This document shows, piece after piece, positions 17,883-27,583 of a DNA stretch of 64,000 nt. The notes under the pieces were generated by a model. The model worked only from the letters and a program-made list of their open reading frames with translations, searched no databases and was not told where the DNA came from. A program made the position numbers and the translations under genes. Location: positions 230,523-294,522 of the forward strand of contig CAXXOU010000002.1 in NCBI GenBank assembly GCA_963677495.2, written 5' to 3'. The stretch's first letter is position 1. Every line of letters starts with the position of its first letter. Origin of the DNA: Candidatus Cloacimonadales bacterium. Lineage in GTDB: Bacteria; Cloacimonadota; Cloacimonadia; Cloacimonadales; JAFGVF01.

Positions 17883-18334
17883 CTACGCGAACAGACATCT
17901 CACTAAAAGTTCAGGTTCAAGTCTATACTTCGAGCCTTTCCCTTCAAAGAAATTATGTTTTCGAATCATATGTATGTGTAATGGAGTCCAGGAGAACTCA
18001 ATTGCTTTCTCGTTATCCTTAAGCTTAATCACTGCTTTGGAGTAAACTCCCGGATCAGCAAACGGGCAGATAACCTTTCCTCGATAAGATAAATACTCCA
18101 ACGTAAAATTCTTATACTCAACTGGTCCCATCGGACTTTGGTAGGCAATATCGGTTAACTCTTCTAACTTATCTGCAATCTCTTCAGGGGTAATTCCGAG
18201 AACTTCAAGTGTTTTACATCTTCTGCGATAATGTCATGTACATGACGGGTATCATCACCAAGAAAACCTTCAGCAGAGATTGTGCCCGGTTGCATTCTTT
18301 TTTGAATCTGCAATTCTTTTTCAGTTTGTTTCAT
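17883..18334 (-). pseudogene. Hypothetical protein gene co-transcribed with nqr, interrupted by a single frameshift (or assembly indel)
   Basis: ATG at 18334, 11 nt after the nqrF stop, with an AAGGGGG RBS. The frame closes at 18164, but a second frame open from about 18230 to 17883 continues the sense (..HDIIAEDVK / TLEVLGITPEEIADKL..). The offset is fixed by one extra A in the A4 run (plus-strand T4 at 18212-18215). Confidence 0.6.
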
Positions 18335-18345
18335 TCTAACCCCCT

Positions 18346-19449
18346 TTAAGCGAAGCTATCAAAGTAGATCTTATCTTTAGGTACACCCATTTTCTCAAGT
18401 TCTTTGCACACAGCATCGAGCATTCTAGGACTACCGCAAAGGTAAGCTTCTGTATTCTTAGGATCTTTAATATACTCATTGAAATGAGGCATTACAAAAC
18501 CGGTACGCCCTTCCCAATTATCTCCATCTTGAGGATGAGACAGTACTGGATAATATGTGTAATCATCAAAGATATCTTTATAGCTCTCCATCTGCTCAGT
18601 TAAGTATAAATCACGTTTACTAACAGCACCAAAGAAATAAGCCATTCTTCTATCAGTTCCCTTCTCCTGGAAATCTTCAAGCATACTCTTAATAGGTGCT
18701 TTTCCTGAACCACCGGCAACATAGATAATGTCTGCTTTAGTATCTCTGATGTAGAAATCTCCATAAGGTCCTGTTAAGTCCACGATATCACCCTCTTTGA
18801 GGTGGTCATGTACCCAGGTTGTACAGATCCCATCAGGTACACGTCTGATGATTAATTGTACACGATTCTTCTCTGAAGGTTTTGATGAGATAGAATATGC
18901 CCTGGAAACAATTTGCTTCTGCTTAGCATATTTCTGAGTTATAAGTTGCATATATTGTCCGGCTTTGAAGTCAATCTCGGTAGGTGATATCAGCTTAAAG
19001 GTAATACCCTTTATATCATGAGTATAGTCGACAATCTTCTCAATCTCTGCTTTGAACTTACGAACATTAAAAATCTCTTCAGGGATATTGATATTGATAT
19101 CTTCTTTAACCTTTACCTGACATGATAGTCTAACATTTCCCGCTAACTCTTTCTTATCAAGAAACGGTTTCTCAGTTGGAAGTAACGGTCCGCCACCGGA
19201 GCTGACTTTACATTTACATGCTCCGCATGAACCTCTTCCACCACAAGCTGAAGGTACGAAAATATCGTTTTCAGCAAGACTACTGAGCAGTGATGAACCA
19301 CCCTTAACAGTGACTTCTCTTTTATTATTTATAGTTATCTTGCAATTACCATAATTACTGAATATCATCTTTGCAACAACAATCATAGCAGTCAAAACAC
19401 CGAATATTACAACAAGAAGGAGTATCTCTTTAAGTATTAACATTAACAT
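18346..19449 (-). CDS. nqrF: Na+-translocating NADH:quinone oxidoreductase subunit F-like (TM helix, 2Fe-2S ferredoxin, FAD/NAD(P)-binding)
   Basis: 367 aa. N-terminal TM helix, CGGRGSCGACKC...C ferredoxin cluster, RAYSIS (FAD) and GGSGKAP (NAD) motifs. Last gene of a B-C-D-E-F order. Confidence 0.8.
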   Translation of the reverse strand: MLMLILKEILLLVVIFGVLTAMIVVAKMIFSNYGNCKITINNKREVTVKGGSSLLSSLAENDIFVPSACGGRGSCGACKCKVSSGGGPLLPTEKPFLDKKELAGNVRLSCQVKVKEDININIPEEIFNVRKFKAEIEKIVDYTHDIKGITFKLISPTEIDFKAGQYMQLITQKYAKQKQIVSRAYSISSKPSEKNRVQLIIRRVPDGICTTWVHDHLKEGDIVDLTGPYGDFYIRDTKADIIYVAGGSGKAPIKSMLEDFQEKGTDRRMAYFFGAVSKRDLYLTEQMESYKDIFDDYTYYPVLSHPQDGDNWEGRTGFVMPHFNEYIKDPKNTEAYLCGSPRMLDAVCKELEKMGVPKDKIYFDSFA

Positions 19450-19461
19450 AAAATAAACTCC

Positions 19462-20049
19462 TTACTGAACATTCACAATACCGGAGAACCCGATAAACGC
19501 AAGTGCCATAATTCCTGTAATAATTAAACTCAGTCCTGCTCCTTGTAAGCCAACCGGTACAAGTCTCTCTTTAACTTTCTGTCTGATACCTGCAAGCATC
19601 ATGATTGCAAGCATCCAACCAAGCCCTGAACCTGCACCAAAGAGCACTGATTGTATAAAACTGTAGTTTCTGATTATCATGAATAAAGATACACCCAGAA
19701 TAGCACAATTCACTGTAATCAAAGGTAAGAATATACCTAGTGAATAGTACAGTACCGGTGAGAATCTTTCTATAATTATCTCAGTAAGCTGAACAAAGGC
19801 AGCTATAACAATGATAAAGACAATGTACTGCAAATATATCAGATCAAATGGTACAAGTATATAGTGATAAACCAACCAGTTCAACGCTGCTGAAACTGTA
19901 GAAACAAAGAACACAGCCATACCAAGACCAAATGATGATTCAATCTCCTTAGAAACTGACAGGTATGAACACATACCAAGGAAGTTACTCAGAAGTATGT
20001 TACTTGTGAAAATCGACGCGAAAAAGAGAACAAAAGGATTTATTTCCAT
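19462..20049 (-). CDS. nqrE: NqrE/RnfA-family membrane subunit
   Basis: 195 aa polytopic protein with the NqrE/RnfA pattern (NFLGMCSYL..., ITVNCAILG). Confidence 0.8.
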   Translation of the reverse strand: MEINPFVLFFASIFTSNILLSNFLGMCSYLSVSKEIESSFGLGMAVFFVSTVSAALNWLVYHYILVPFDLIYLQYIVFIIVIAAFVQLTEIIIERFSPVLYYSLGIFLPLITVNCAILGVSLFMIIRNYSFIQSVLFGAGSGLGWMLAIMMLAGIRQKVKERLVPVGLQGAGLSLIITGIMALAFIGFSGIVNVQ

Positions 20050-20052
20050 GAC

Positions 20053-20655
20053 CTACCCCTGCTTCTTTTTAAGATAAAAGTTGTTGTTTATAATCCAAAT
20101 CATAATCGCAAGAAGGAAGAATGCACTTGGAGCCATAATCATAATCGACCAGCTTACCCACCAGTCACCGAGTATCTGAAAACCAAACAGTGAACCGAAA
20201 CCGAATAACTCTCTAACGGTTGCAATTGCTAATAGCACAAGCGTATAACCTATTCCGGCACCCAAACCATCAATCATCGAATCGATTGGGCTATTCTTAG
20301 CAGCAAAGGCTTCTGCTCTACCCATAAGTATACAATTAGTGATAATTAAACCAATGTATGGTCCGAGATTCTTACTTATCTCAGGCATATAGGCTTTTAA
20401 GACAATATCTACAATAATCACATATGCTGCGATAATAAGTGTTTGCACCATCATACGTACACTTCGAGGGGTGTAATTTCGTATTATGGAGATAGTGAAG
20501 TTTGCCATAACTAAGGCGAAGATAACACCAAGTCCCATAATCAGACTGTTCATCATAAGATTAGTAACAGCAAGACTTGAGCAGATACCAAGAATTTGTT
20601 TCCAGATTGAGTTATCTGTGAAGGCACTGTTCATAAAGATCTGTTTTTTTGTCAT
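20053..20655 (-). CDS. nqrD: NqrD/RnfE-family membrane subunit
   Basis: 200 aa. WKQILGICSSLAVT and LIITNCILMGRAEAFA motifs. Confidence 0.8.
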   Translation of the reverse strand: MTKKQIFMNSAFTDNSIWKQILGICSSLAVTNLMMNSLIMGLGVIFALVMANFTISIIRNYTPRSVRMMVQTLIIAAYVIIVDIVLKAYMPEISKNLGPYIGLIITNCILMGRAEAFAAKNSPIDSMIDGLGAGIGYTLVLLAIATVRELFGFGSLFGFQILGDWWVSWSIMIMAPSAFFLLAIMIWIINNNFYLKKKQG

Positions 20656-21293
20656 TATTCAGTCCCTCCTTTCATCTCATTAAGTATTGCTTGAATCTCA
20701 TTGTAAAGCATGTTTCTAACACCTTCACTAGTTCTTGAAGCACCGGTAACTTGCATCATTTGGTTGTCACCAACCTCTTCTGAACCCTCAGGAATCAAGA
20801 CATATTCAATTGGGGTTCCATTAATGATGATTGCCTTATCAGTGAACTGTGTTTTAAACCATTCTTCATCGATACGACCACCTAAGCCAGGAGTTTCAAG
20901 ATGCTGGTAAACATCAAGGTTAATTATCTGTTCATAATCAGGAGTTAATGCAATAAGTGCTTTCATTGAACCCCATAATCCTTGTCCATTTATCACAAAA
21001 GCATAACCGACAAGTTGATTATCTTTTTTTACTTCATAATATGTTCTAGCATCAGTCTTAATCTCAGTGAAGAACATCTCATATACTGTTGAAGCAGGAC
21101 CTTTAGAAGGAATCTTATCTCTAAACAATCCGGTCAGCGTTGTCTGATACTGGCTTAACTCATTACCTTTTATTCTATCTAGGTTTATGTGATATATAAA
21201 CGATAATAATCCGATAAAGATTACAGTCAAAAGCACCATGAAGAAGATAGGGTAGATGTTGGTCTCAGAGAATGTTTTCTTTTCTTTAGACAT
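20655..21293 (-). CDS. nqrC: NqrC-like FMN-binding subunit
   Basis: 212 aa. N-terminal TM helix, GQGLWGSMKALIAL, ETPGLGGRI, and a flavinylation-type site VTGASRTSEG. Confidence 0.75.
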   Translation of the reverse strand: MSKEKKTFSETNIYPIFFMVLLTVIFIGLLSFIYHINLDRIKGNELSQYQTTLTGLFRDKIPSKGPASTVYEMFFTEIKTDARTYYEVKKDNQLVGYAFVINGQGLWGSMKALIALTPDYEQIINLDVYQHLETPGLGGRIDEEWFKTQFTDKAIIINGTPIEYVLIPEGSEEVGDNQMMQVTGASRTSEGVRNMLYNEIQAILNEMKGGTE

Positions 21294-21294
21294 C

Positions 21295-22236
21295 CTACAC
21301 CGCCTTCGCTTTTAATTTCTTCTTTTTCTCAGCTTCTAGGAAGAAGTAATCAATCAAAGGCATGAAACAGTTTGCTAAGAGGATTGCAAACATAAAACCT
21401 TCTGCAAAAAGAGAGAAACGTCTTATAAAGACAGTTAAAAAACCTATCATTATACCGTAAATCCATAGAGCTTTAGAGTTCTTAGGTTGAGATACTGGAT
21501 CAGTAGACATAAAAACAGTTCCAAACATAAGACCGGCACCTGCTAAGAAGTATGGCAGTTGTGAGACCGGGTAAAAAATAGCAGTGGTAACAATGAATCC
21601 AATCAACGTAGATACCATTGCCTGCCATTTAGCAGTCTTGGTAACTATAAGATATATCGCTGCTGCTAAAATTAGAAGTGTACTGGTTTCACCTATACTA
21701 CCCGGTATGAAACCTGCAAAGCTGTTCCACAAAGAGTATCCAAAATCACCTGTATTTCTATATTGAGCCAGCATGGTAGCAGAAGTAGTCAATTCAGGAG
21801 CAGGATTAAAGTGAGCAAAGCCACCCGGGAATCCTGTGTAAATGCTATTCCATGTCGTTGCTAACTGCTTTGGGAAAGAGATATAAACGAATGCTCTTCC
21901 AACAATTGCTGGATTAAAAATGTTAAGTCCAAAACCACCAAATACCATTTTACCGAATGCAACACCAAATGCCGCTGCAACAGCTGCTATCCATAATGGA
22001 ATTGCAGGAGGTAAAATAAGTCCCAGTAAAGTTCCGGTGACGAACACAGCCATAGAAACTTTACCCATTTTCTTCTTTCTAATAAACAAATACTCAGTTA
22101 GAAATCCAATACCGTTTGTTACAGCCAAAACTGCCAGAATCTTCCATCCAAACAGGTATACAGCCATAACTATAATCGGAACAAGGGAATAGAGAACTCT
22201 GTTCATCATCGCTTGTTTCAGGATTATTTGCTTCAT
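21295..22236 (-). CDS. nqrB: NqrB/RnfD-family membrane subunit (short, RnfD-sized)
   Basis: 313 aa. GKMVFGGFGLNIFNPAIVGRAF motif and a TSAT flavinylation-like site. Confidence 0.75.
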   Translation of the reverse strand: MKQIILKQAMMNRVLYSLVPIIVMAVYLFGWKILAVLAVTNGIGFLTEYLFIRKKKMGKVSMAVFVTGTLLGLILPPAIPLWIAAVAAAFGVAFGKMVFGGFGLNIFNPAIVGRAFVYISFPKQLATTWNSIYTGFPGGFAHFNPAPELTTSATMLAQYRNTGDFGYSLWNSFAGFIPGSIGETSTLLILAAAIYLIVTKTAKWQAMVSTLIGFIVTTAIFYPVSQLPYFLAGAGLMFGTVFMSTDPVSQPKNSKALWIYGIMIGFLTVFIRRFSLFAEGFMFAILLANCFMPLIDYFFLEAEKKKKLKAKAV

Positions 22237-22310
22237 AACGCTCCCTTCAATATTTATGTTTACAATCTATTCCATATTGTACACTGTACAAAGATTATTT
22301 CATAGAAATA

Positions 22311-22475
22311 TTATTGCTTATCATCTTTCTTGCCAATACCTCGTATCATTATCAATAATCCAATAGCTATTAGTATTATTCCCAATGGACCGTTAACTTG
22401 TAGGAATATCAGCATTAATGCTCCGGCAATGACAAGAATAAGTCCAGTTATTAATATATACAGTGATACTATCAT
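22311..22475 (-). CDS. Possible 54-aa two-helix membrane peptide upstream of nqrB
   Basis: ATG at 22475 to TAA at 22311. Translation MIVSLYILITGLILVIAGALMLIFLQVNGPLGIILIAIGLLIMIRGIGKKDDKQ. Below the ORF-track cut-off, with no RBS check possible, so speculative. Confidence 0.3.
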   Translation of the reverse strand: MIVSLYILITGLILVIAGALMLIFLQVNGPLGIILIAIGLLIMIRGIGKKDDKQ

Positions 22476-22926
22476 GTTACTTCCTCTTCATTAAGTTTAG
22501 GAATGGGTGTTTTTAGTGTCAATCAAAAGTTGTGATTAGTTTGACTGTTTAGTATATATTTCAGCTCTAGTCCATACGATCTACAGGAACAAGGCTTCCA
22601 CCGAAATATTGTATCACTATAGTTGATAAACGTAATTTACGTACTCGGTATGGAAGTGAGTTTAAGTCTATTAATTGTCACTATGAAATTGACTTAACTT
22701 GTCACCTTGTAGTGATAGTATGACGTGAGAATGATCTAAACATAGAGTAACGGACTTAGTGATTCAAGAGGCTTGGATAAAGCTAGAACACAACCCAAAA
22801 AAGCCACCAACTTATCGAAGTAATAATCCCATTCGTCGAAAAGATACCAAGATACATCTAACTAATTTGAAATCGAAGTTTAAATAGTATATGTTGTAAC
22901 CAGAAATGAATGAAAGAGGAAGTTTT

Positions 22927-24267
22927 ATGAAAAGATATGGAGCAATGAATGGATTCTTCTTACTTGTTCTGGTAATATTGTCATCAAACTTGATTGCAGA
23001 ATCGACAGCATATTCACTTGAACAATGTATTGACTTTGCTTGGGAACATAGTACGACTATGAGTAGAGTTAACAACTCCCTTGAAAGTAAACAGGCTAAT
23101 TTAGAACAGTCAAAGGCTGCGCTGCTACCCAATCTGTCTGCGTCAGTTAATCAATCTTATAGTACAGATGAAAACTATGTTGATTCAACATCAGGTGGTT
23201 ATTGGGATGGTAGTGATAACTCCAATACAAACCTTGCCTTGAGCTCGAGTCTAACGCTTTTCAATGGGTTAAAGCTGATAAACACAATCCGCCAAAGCAA
23301 GGTGGAGCTTTCTGCAACTGAGCAAGAAACACATTTTGAACAAGATTTGCTTAGCTTAGATGTTTTGAAAGCATATATCAATGTCCTGATAGCTAAAGAG
23401 AGATTAACAAATAGCGAAACCCAACTCAAATCATCTGAAGAGCAAGTAGAACTTTCTGAAGCGAGGAAGGAAGCAGGGATTATCTCCAATTCAGACTACT
23501 TGAATATCAAATCGCAGTATGCATCTGATAGAGCAACTATGATTGCTGCAATGAGCACATTTAGAATTAACACAGTTTCCCTAATGCAGACAATGAACAT
23601 GCCACTTAGGGATACTTTCGAGATTATAGAACCGGATTTAAACACACTGTTGAATAACCAAATTGATGTAGATTCAAATCTTATCTATGAAACAGCTTTG
23701 GGAGTTAGACCTGAACTTAAGACTGCTGAATTAAATGCTGAAAGTGCACAAATGGAAGTTAAGATAGCTAAGGCAGATTATCTGCCAAGTCTGACTCTCA
23801 ATGGAAGTCTGGAATCAAGTTATTCAGATGCATTGGATAGTGTAGATTTTGCCGAACAGATGGAGAATCAGTTCAAAACATCAGTAGGCCTCAGGCTTTC
23901 AATCCCTATCTTCCAGAACTTAAAGGTCAAAAACCAGGTAACTCAGGCATCTATACAAGCTAAAAACACACAGCTTGAGTTGATCGATTTAAAGAATAAC
24001 CTTCGAAAGAGTGTTGAGCAAGTTTGTACTGATCTTGAGACAGCATATATGAACTATCAAGCCTCATTAGATCAATTCAACGCTGAGCAAGAAGCATACA
24101 AACTCGCAGATGAGATGTTTGAACAAGGGATGATTAATTCAGTAGATTATCAAACAGCAAAGAATAACTATGTTAATGCAGAGAACAGCTTAAATCAAGC
24201 GAAATACAGTGTCTTACTGCAAAGCAGAATCTTAAGTTTCTACAAAGGTGAATCAATAACATTTTAA
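22927..24267 (+). CDS. TolC-family outer-membrane efflux protein
   Basis: The track ORF starts at 22906, but Met at 22927 has an AGAGGAAG RBS and is followed by a signal peptide. Two-repeat TolC architecture (LSLEQCIDFAWEHS..., coiled helices). Confidence 0.85.
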   Translation: MKRYGAMNGFFLLVLVILSSNLIAESTAYSLEQCIDFAWEHSTTMSRVNNSLESKQANLEQSKAALLPNLSASVNQSYSTDENYVDSTSGGYWDGSDNSNTNLALSSSLTLFNGLKLINTIRQSKVELSATEQETHFEQDLLSLDVLKAYINVLIAKERLTNSETQLKSSEEQVELSEARKEAGIISNSDYLNIKSQYASDRATMIAAMSTFRINTVSLMQTMNMPLRDTFEIIEPDLNTLLNNQIDVDSNLIYETALGVRPELKTAELNAESAQMEVKIAKADYLPSLTLNGSLESSYSDALDSVDFAEQMENQFKTSVGLRLSIPIFQNLKVKNQVTQASIQAKNTQLELIDLKNNLRKSVEQVCTDLETAYMNYQASLDQFNAEQEAYKLADEMFEQGMINSVDYQTAKNNYVNAENSLNQAKYSVLLQSRILSFYKGESITF

Positions 24268-24277
24268 GGGAGAAACC

Positions 24278-25564
24278 ATGAAAAAGATTAAGTTTACAAA
24301 GAAATCAGTAGTAGTGATGATCATAGTCCTAATAGTTGCTTCAGTTGCAACATATCTGTTCAGTTCAAAGAGTGAGAGTGGTTTCACAATTGAAACTGTG
24401 AAAGTAGAAAAGGGTTCAGTTAGTAATACAATAACAGCAACCGGAACGCTTCAGGCAACCGATACAGTAGTTGTTGGTACACAAGTATCGGGGGTGATTC
24501 AGAAGTTGTATGTGGATTTCAATTCAAATGTAAGGAAAGGACAGCTAATTGCTGAGCTTGATAAATCAACCCTTCAATACAGTTTGGAGAATGCTGAAGC
24601 GGATGTAGATAACTCAGAAGCCGAGTACAACTATCAGAAGTCAAACTATGAAAGGATGCAGGAGCTATATAATAAGGGATTCCTTTCTCAAAGTGATTAT
24701 GATTTAGCTGAATACACTTATAAAAAAAGTGAAGCAAATCTTAAGTCTGCTAAAGCTAACCAGAAGCGAGCAGAACAAGATTTATCATATGCGACAATCT
24801 ACTCTCCGATAGATGGAGTAGTTCTCAATTGTGCTGTGGAAGAGGGACAAACAGTAGCTGCAAGCATGAGTACACCGGAGCTTTTTACAATTGTGAATGA
24901 CCTTACAACCATGCAAGTGGAAGCCAATATTGATGAAGCTGATATTGGCATGGTAGAAGAAGGACAAAGAGTCGAGTTCACAGTTGATGCTTTTCCGGAT
25001 GAAACATTTGATGGTGTTATATCTGAAGTTAGGTTGCAACCAACTTCAGCATCTAATGTGATTACATATCCTGTGATTATAAAAGTCTCTAATCCCGAAC
25101 TTAAGCTTAAACCCGGCCTTACTGCAAGTATTACTACTTATGTTGAAGAGGCAAATGATGTACTTGTTATATCAGAAAAAGCAACAAGTTTTGAACCAAG
25201 CCCTGATGTTTTACATAGTTATATGAGCCAATTTGAAGCAAATAAATCTCTAAGACCTAATAGAATACCGGATGGTGATAGAAATCAAGGAAATCCCCCA
25301 GAAATGGATGATTCTCATAAGATTGTGTGGGTGAAGACAAATAATGATATCAGACCTGTAGAGATAGAAACAGGTATTGCAGATGGCTCAAATGTAGAAG
25401 TATTATCAGGAATAGAGGAGAATAGTGAAGTGCTCGTAGTTTTAAGTAGTGTATCCGGTACTAAGACGAAGAAAGAGAGCAACGATGCGAAGAGTCCATT
25501 TGTTCAGGAAAGAAAACGAGGTTCAGGGAATGGTGGTCCGCAGGGTCCTCCACCACAGAATTAA
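24278..25564 (+). CDS. Efflux periplasmic adaptor (MacA/HlyD family)
   Basis: 428 aa. TM anchor, lipoyl-like VSGVIQKLYVDFNSNVRKGQLIAELD ... IYSPIDGVV hairpin architecture, and a Gly/Pro-rich tail. Confidence 0.85.
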   Translation: MKKIKFTKKSVVVMIIVLIVASVATYLFSSKSESGFTIETVKVEKGSVSNTITATGTLQATDTVVVGTQVSGVIQKLYVDFNSNVRKGQLIAELDKSTLQYSLENAEADVDNSEAEYNYQKSNYERMQELYNKGFLSQSDYDLAEYTYKKSEANLKSAKANQKRAEQDLSYATIYSPIDGVVLNCAVEEGQTVAASMSTPELFTIVNDLTTMQVEANIDEADIGMVEEGQRVEFTVDAFPDETFDGVISEVRLQPTSASNVITYPVIIKVSNPELKLKPGLTASITTYVEEANDVLVISEKATSFEPSPDVLHSYMSQFEANKSLRPNRIPDGDRNQGNPPEMDDSHKIVWVKTNNDIRPVEIETGIADGSNVEVLSGIEENSEVLVVLSSVSGTKTKKESNDAKSPFVQERKRGSGNGGPQGPPPQN

Positions 25565-25574
25565 GGAGAGTAGC

Positions 25575-26336
25575 ATGAATATCAAAGAAATAATAAGAAT
25601 AGAGAATATGCATAAGCACTATACTTTAGGTGACGAAACTATCAAAGCTTTGAATGGAATAAGCCTGTCAGTGCCGGAAGGTGATTTTGTTGCAATCATG
25701 GGTTCAAGTGGCTCAGGTAAATCAACAATGTTGAACATACTTGGATGCTTGGATTTACCAACAAGTGGAGAGTATTTTCTCGATGGCATAAATGTGAAAT
25801 CATTGAGAAAAAACCGTTTGGCTGAAATCAGAAATCTGAAACTGGGATTTGTTTTTCAATCATATAACCTGTTGCCTAAAACATCAGCTATAGACAATGT
25901 ACAACTACCATTACTTTATAATCCAAAGATAAGCAAAGTAGAGCGTAGAGAACGAGCAGAGCAAGCATTAATAGCTGTAGGCTTGAAGGATAGGATGAAG
26001 CATCTGTCAAACCAAATGTCAGGCGGTCAACAACAAAGAGTAGCAATTGCCCGTTCTATTGTAAATAATCCGATTGTTATATTCGCAGATGAAGCAACCG
26101 GTAATTTAGATACAAAGACATCATACGAGATTATGGCTCTCTTTCAGGAACTGAATGAAAATGGTATGACTATCTGCTTTGTTACACATGAACCGGATAT
26201 TGCCTCTTTTACTAAGCGGAATGTTGTCTTTAGAGATGGTGTGATTATCGAGGACAATGTCAATTATGAAATGCGTAATGTGATGGATGTTCTCGCTGAC
26301 TATAACAAAGTAACTAACGAATATCAGGTGGGATAA
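25575..26336 (+). CDS. ABC transporter ATP-binding protein (MacB/LolD type)
   Basis: Walker A GSSGSGKST, signature LSGGQQQRVAIAR, Walker B IVIFADEATG. Start moved from the track's 25449 to the ATG at 25575 (AAGGAGA RBS, no overlap with the adaptor). Confidence 0.9.
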   Translation: MNIKEIIRIENMHKHYTLGDETIKALNGISLSVPEGDFVAIMGSSGSGKSTMLNILGCLDLPTSGEYFLDGINVKSLRKNRLAEIRNLKLGFVFQSYNLLPKTSAIDNVQLPLLYNPKISKVERRERAEQALIAVGLKDRMKHLSNQMSGGQQQRVAIARSIVNNPIVIFADEATGNLDTKTSYEIMALFQELNENGMTICFVTHEPDIASFTKRNVVFRDGVIIEDNVNYEMRNVMDVLADYNKVTNEYQVG

Positions 26337-26337
26337 A

Positions 26338-27558
26338 ATGAAACTAACAAATATAATTATGATAGCGATTACAGCTATTAAACGGAACAAGACACGTTCC
26401 ATCCTGACAATCTTAGGTATTGTAATTGGTGTTGCAGCTGTTATTGCAATGTTAGCAATAGGGTATGGCTCTAATCAAAACATCAAAGATACAATATCTT
26501 CCATGGGTACTAACCTAATAAATGTTATGCCTGCACATCAGGTTGTAGGTGGTGTGAAGCAAAGCAGAACCAGTTCACCGACCTTAACTGAAGAGGATGT
26601 TGCATATCTTCAAGAACATAGTGAGTTGATTGATGCAGTATCTCCTGAACTTGATGGTCAGGGACAGATAGTGTATGGCTCGAACAATTGGCCTACTTCA
26701 ATATATAGTGGTGATGAGGACTACTATTTTATAAAGAAGTTTACAGTTGAATCAGGGCGAATGTACACAGCAAAGGAGATAAAGAGTGCTTCAAAAGTAT
26801 GCCTTATTGGGCAGACAATAGTAGAGAATGTCTTTGCAGAGAATGAAGACCCTATAGGAAAAGTTATTCGCTTCAACAATATCCCATTCAAGGTCATTGG
26901 TATATTAGCCGAAAAGGGTGACAACACTTTCGGGCAAGATCAAGATGATATGGTATTAGCTCCATACACTACAGTCATGAAGCGATTATTCAGACAAACA
27001 CATCTTAGAGCAATTGTGATTTCAGCAAAATCAGAAGATGCCATAGAGGAAACAAGTGCTGAGATTACAACTTTACTTAGAAAGTCACATAAACTTAAAA
27101 GTGATGAAGATGATGATTTTGAGATAAGAACTCAAGAAGAGCTGATCAGTAACTTCACCTCAATATCAGAGATGATGCTTGTGTTATTAGGTTCTATTGC
27201 TGCAATCTCATTGGTTGTTGGTGGCATAGGTATTATGAATGTGATGTATATGTCTGTTACTGAGAGAACACGTGAAATCGGACTTAGAATGGCGATTGGT
27301 GGTAAAAGTAAGTTCATCTTGCAACAATTTCTTTGCGAAGCGATGCTCTTAAGTATATTGGGTGGAATTGTAGGTGTACTCGTTGGAATAGTGGCCTCAA
27401 ACATAGTGGAGAAAGTATTGGGATGGCCAATATTGATTACATCTAACTCAATAATCATTTCATTTCTCTTCTGCACTTTTATTGGAATATTCTTTGGTTG
27501 GTATCCTGCAAGAAAAGCATCTGCATTAAATCCTATTGACGCTTTAAGACATGAGTAG
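26338..27558 (+). CDS. ABC transporter permease (MacB/FtsX type)
   Basis: 406 aa. N-terminal TM helix, large periplasmic domain and C-terminal FtsX-like 3-TM bundle (GIGIMNVMYMSVTERTREIGLRMAIG). Confidence 0.85.
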   Translation: MKLTNIIMIAITAIKRNKTRSILTILGIVIGVAAVIAMLAIGYGSNQNIKDTISSMGTNLINVMPAHQVVGGVKQSRTSSPTLTEEDVAYLQEHSELIDAVSPELDGQGQIVYGSNNWPTSIYSGDEDYYFIKKFTVESGRMYTAKEIKSASKVCLIGQTIVENVFAENEDPIGKVIRFNNIPFKVIGILAEKGDNTFGQDQDDMVLAPYTTVMKRLFRQTHLRAIVISAKSEDAIEETSAEITTLLRKSHKLKSDEDDDFEIRTQEELISNFTSISEMMLVLLGSIAAISLVVGGIGIMNVMYMSVTERTREIGLRMAIGGKSKFILQQFLCEAMLLSILGGIVGVLVGIVASNIVEKVLGWPILITSNSIIISFLFCTFIGIFFGWYPARKASALNPIDALRHE

Positions 27559-27583
27559 ATAGTTTAAACTTGAAGAGGTGATT

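Noticed and set aside
22675-22705. Direct repeat TTGTCAC (22675-22681 and 22699-22705) as a possible LytTR operator in the nqr/tolC divergent region
   Set aside because: The match is only 7 nt in AT-rich DNA and the 24-bp spacing is not the usual LytTR arrangement. It cannot be distinguished from chance without a motif search.
25449-25574. N-terminal extension of the ABC ATPase ORF that overlaps the adaptor gene by 116 nt
   Set aside because: The extension has no ABC similarity and overlaps the MacA tail. The ATG at 25575 has a strong RBS and gives a canonical N-terminus.
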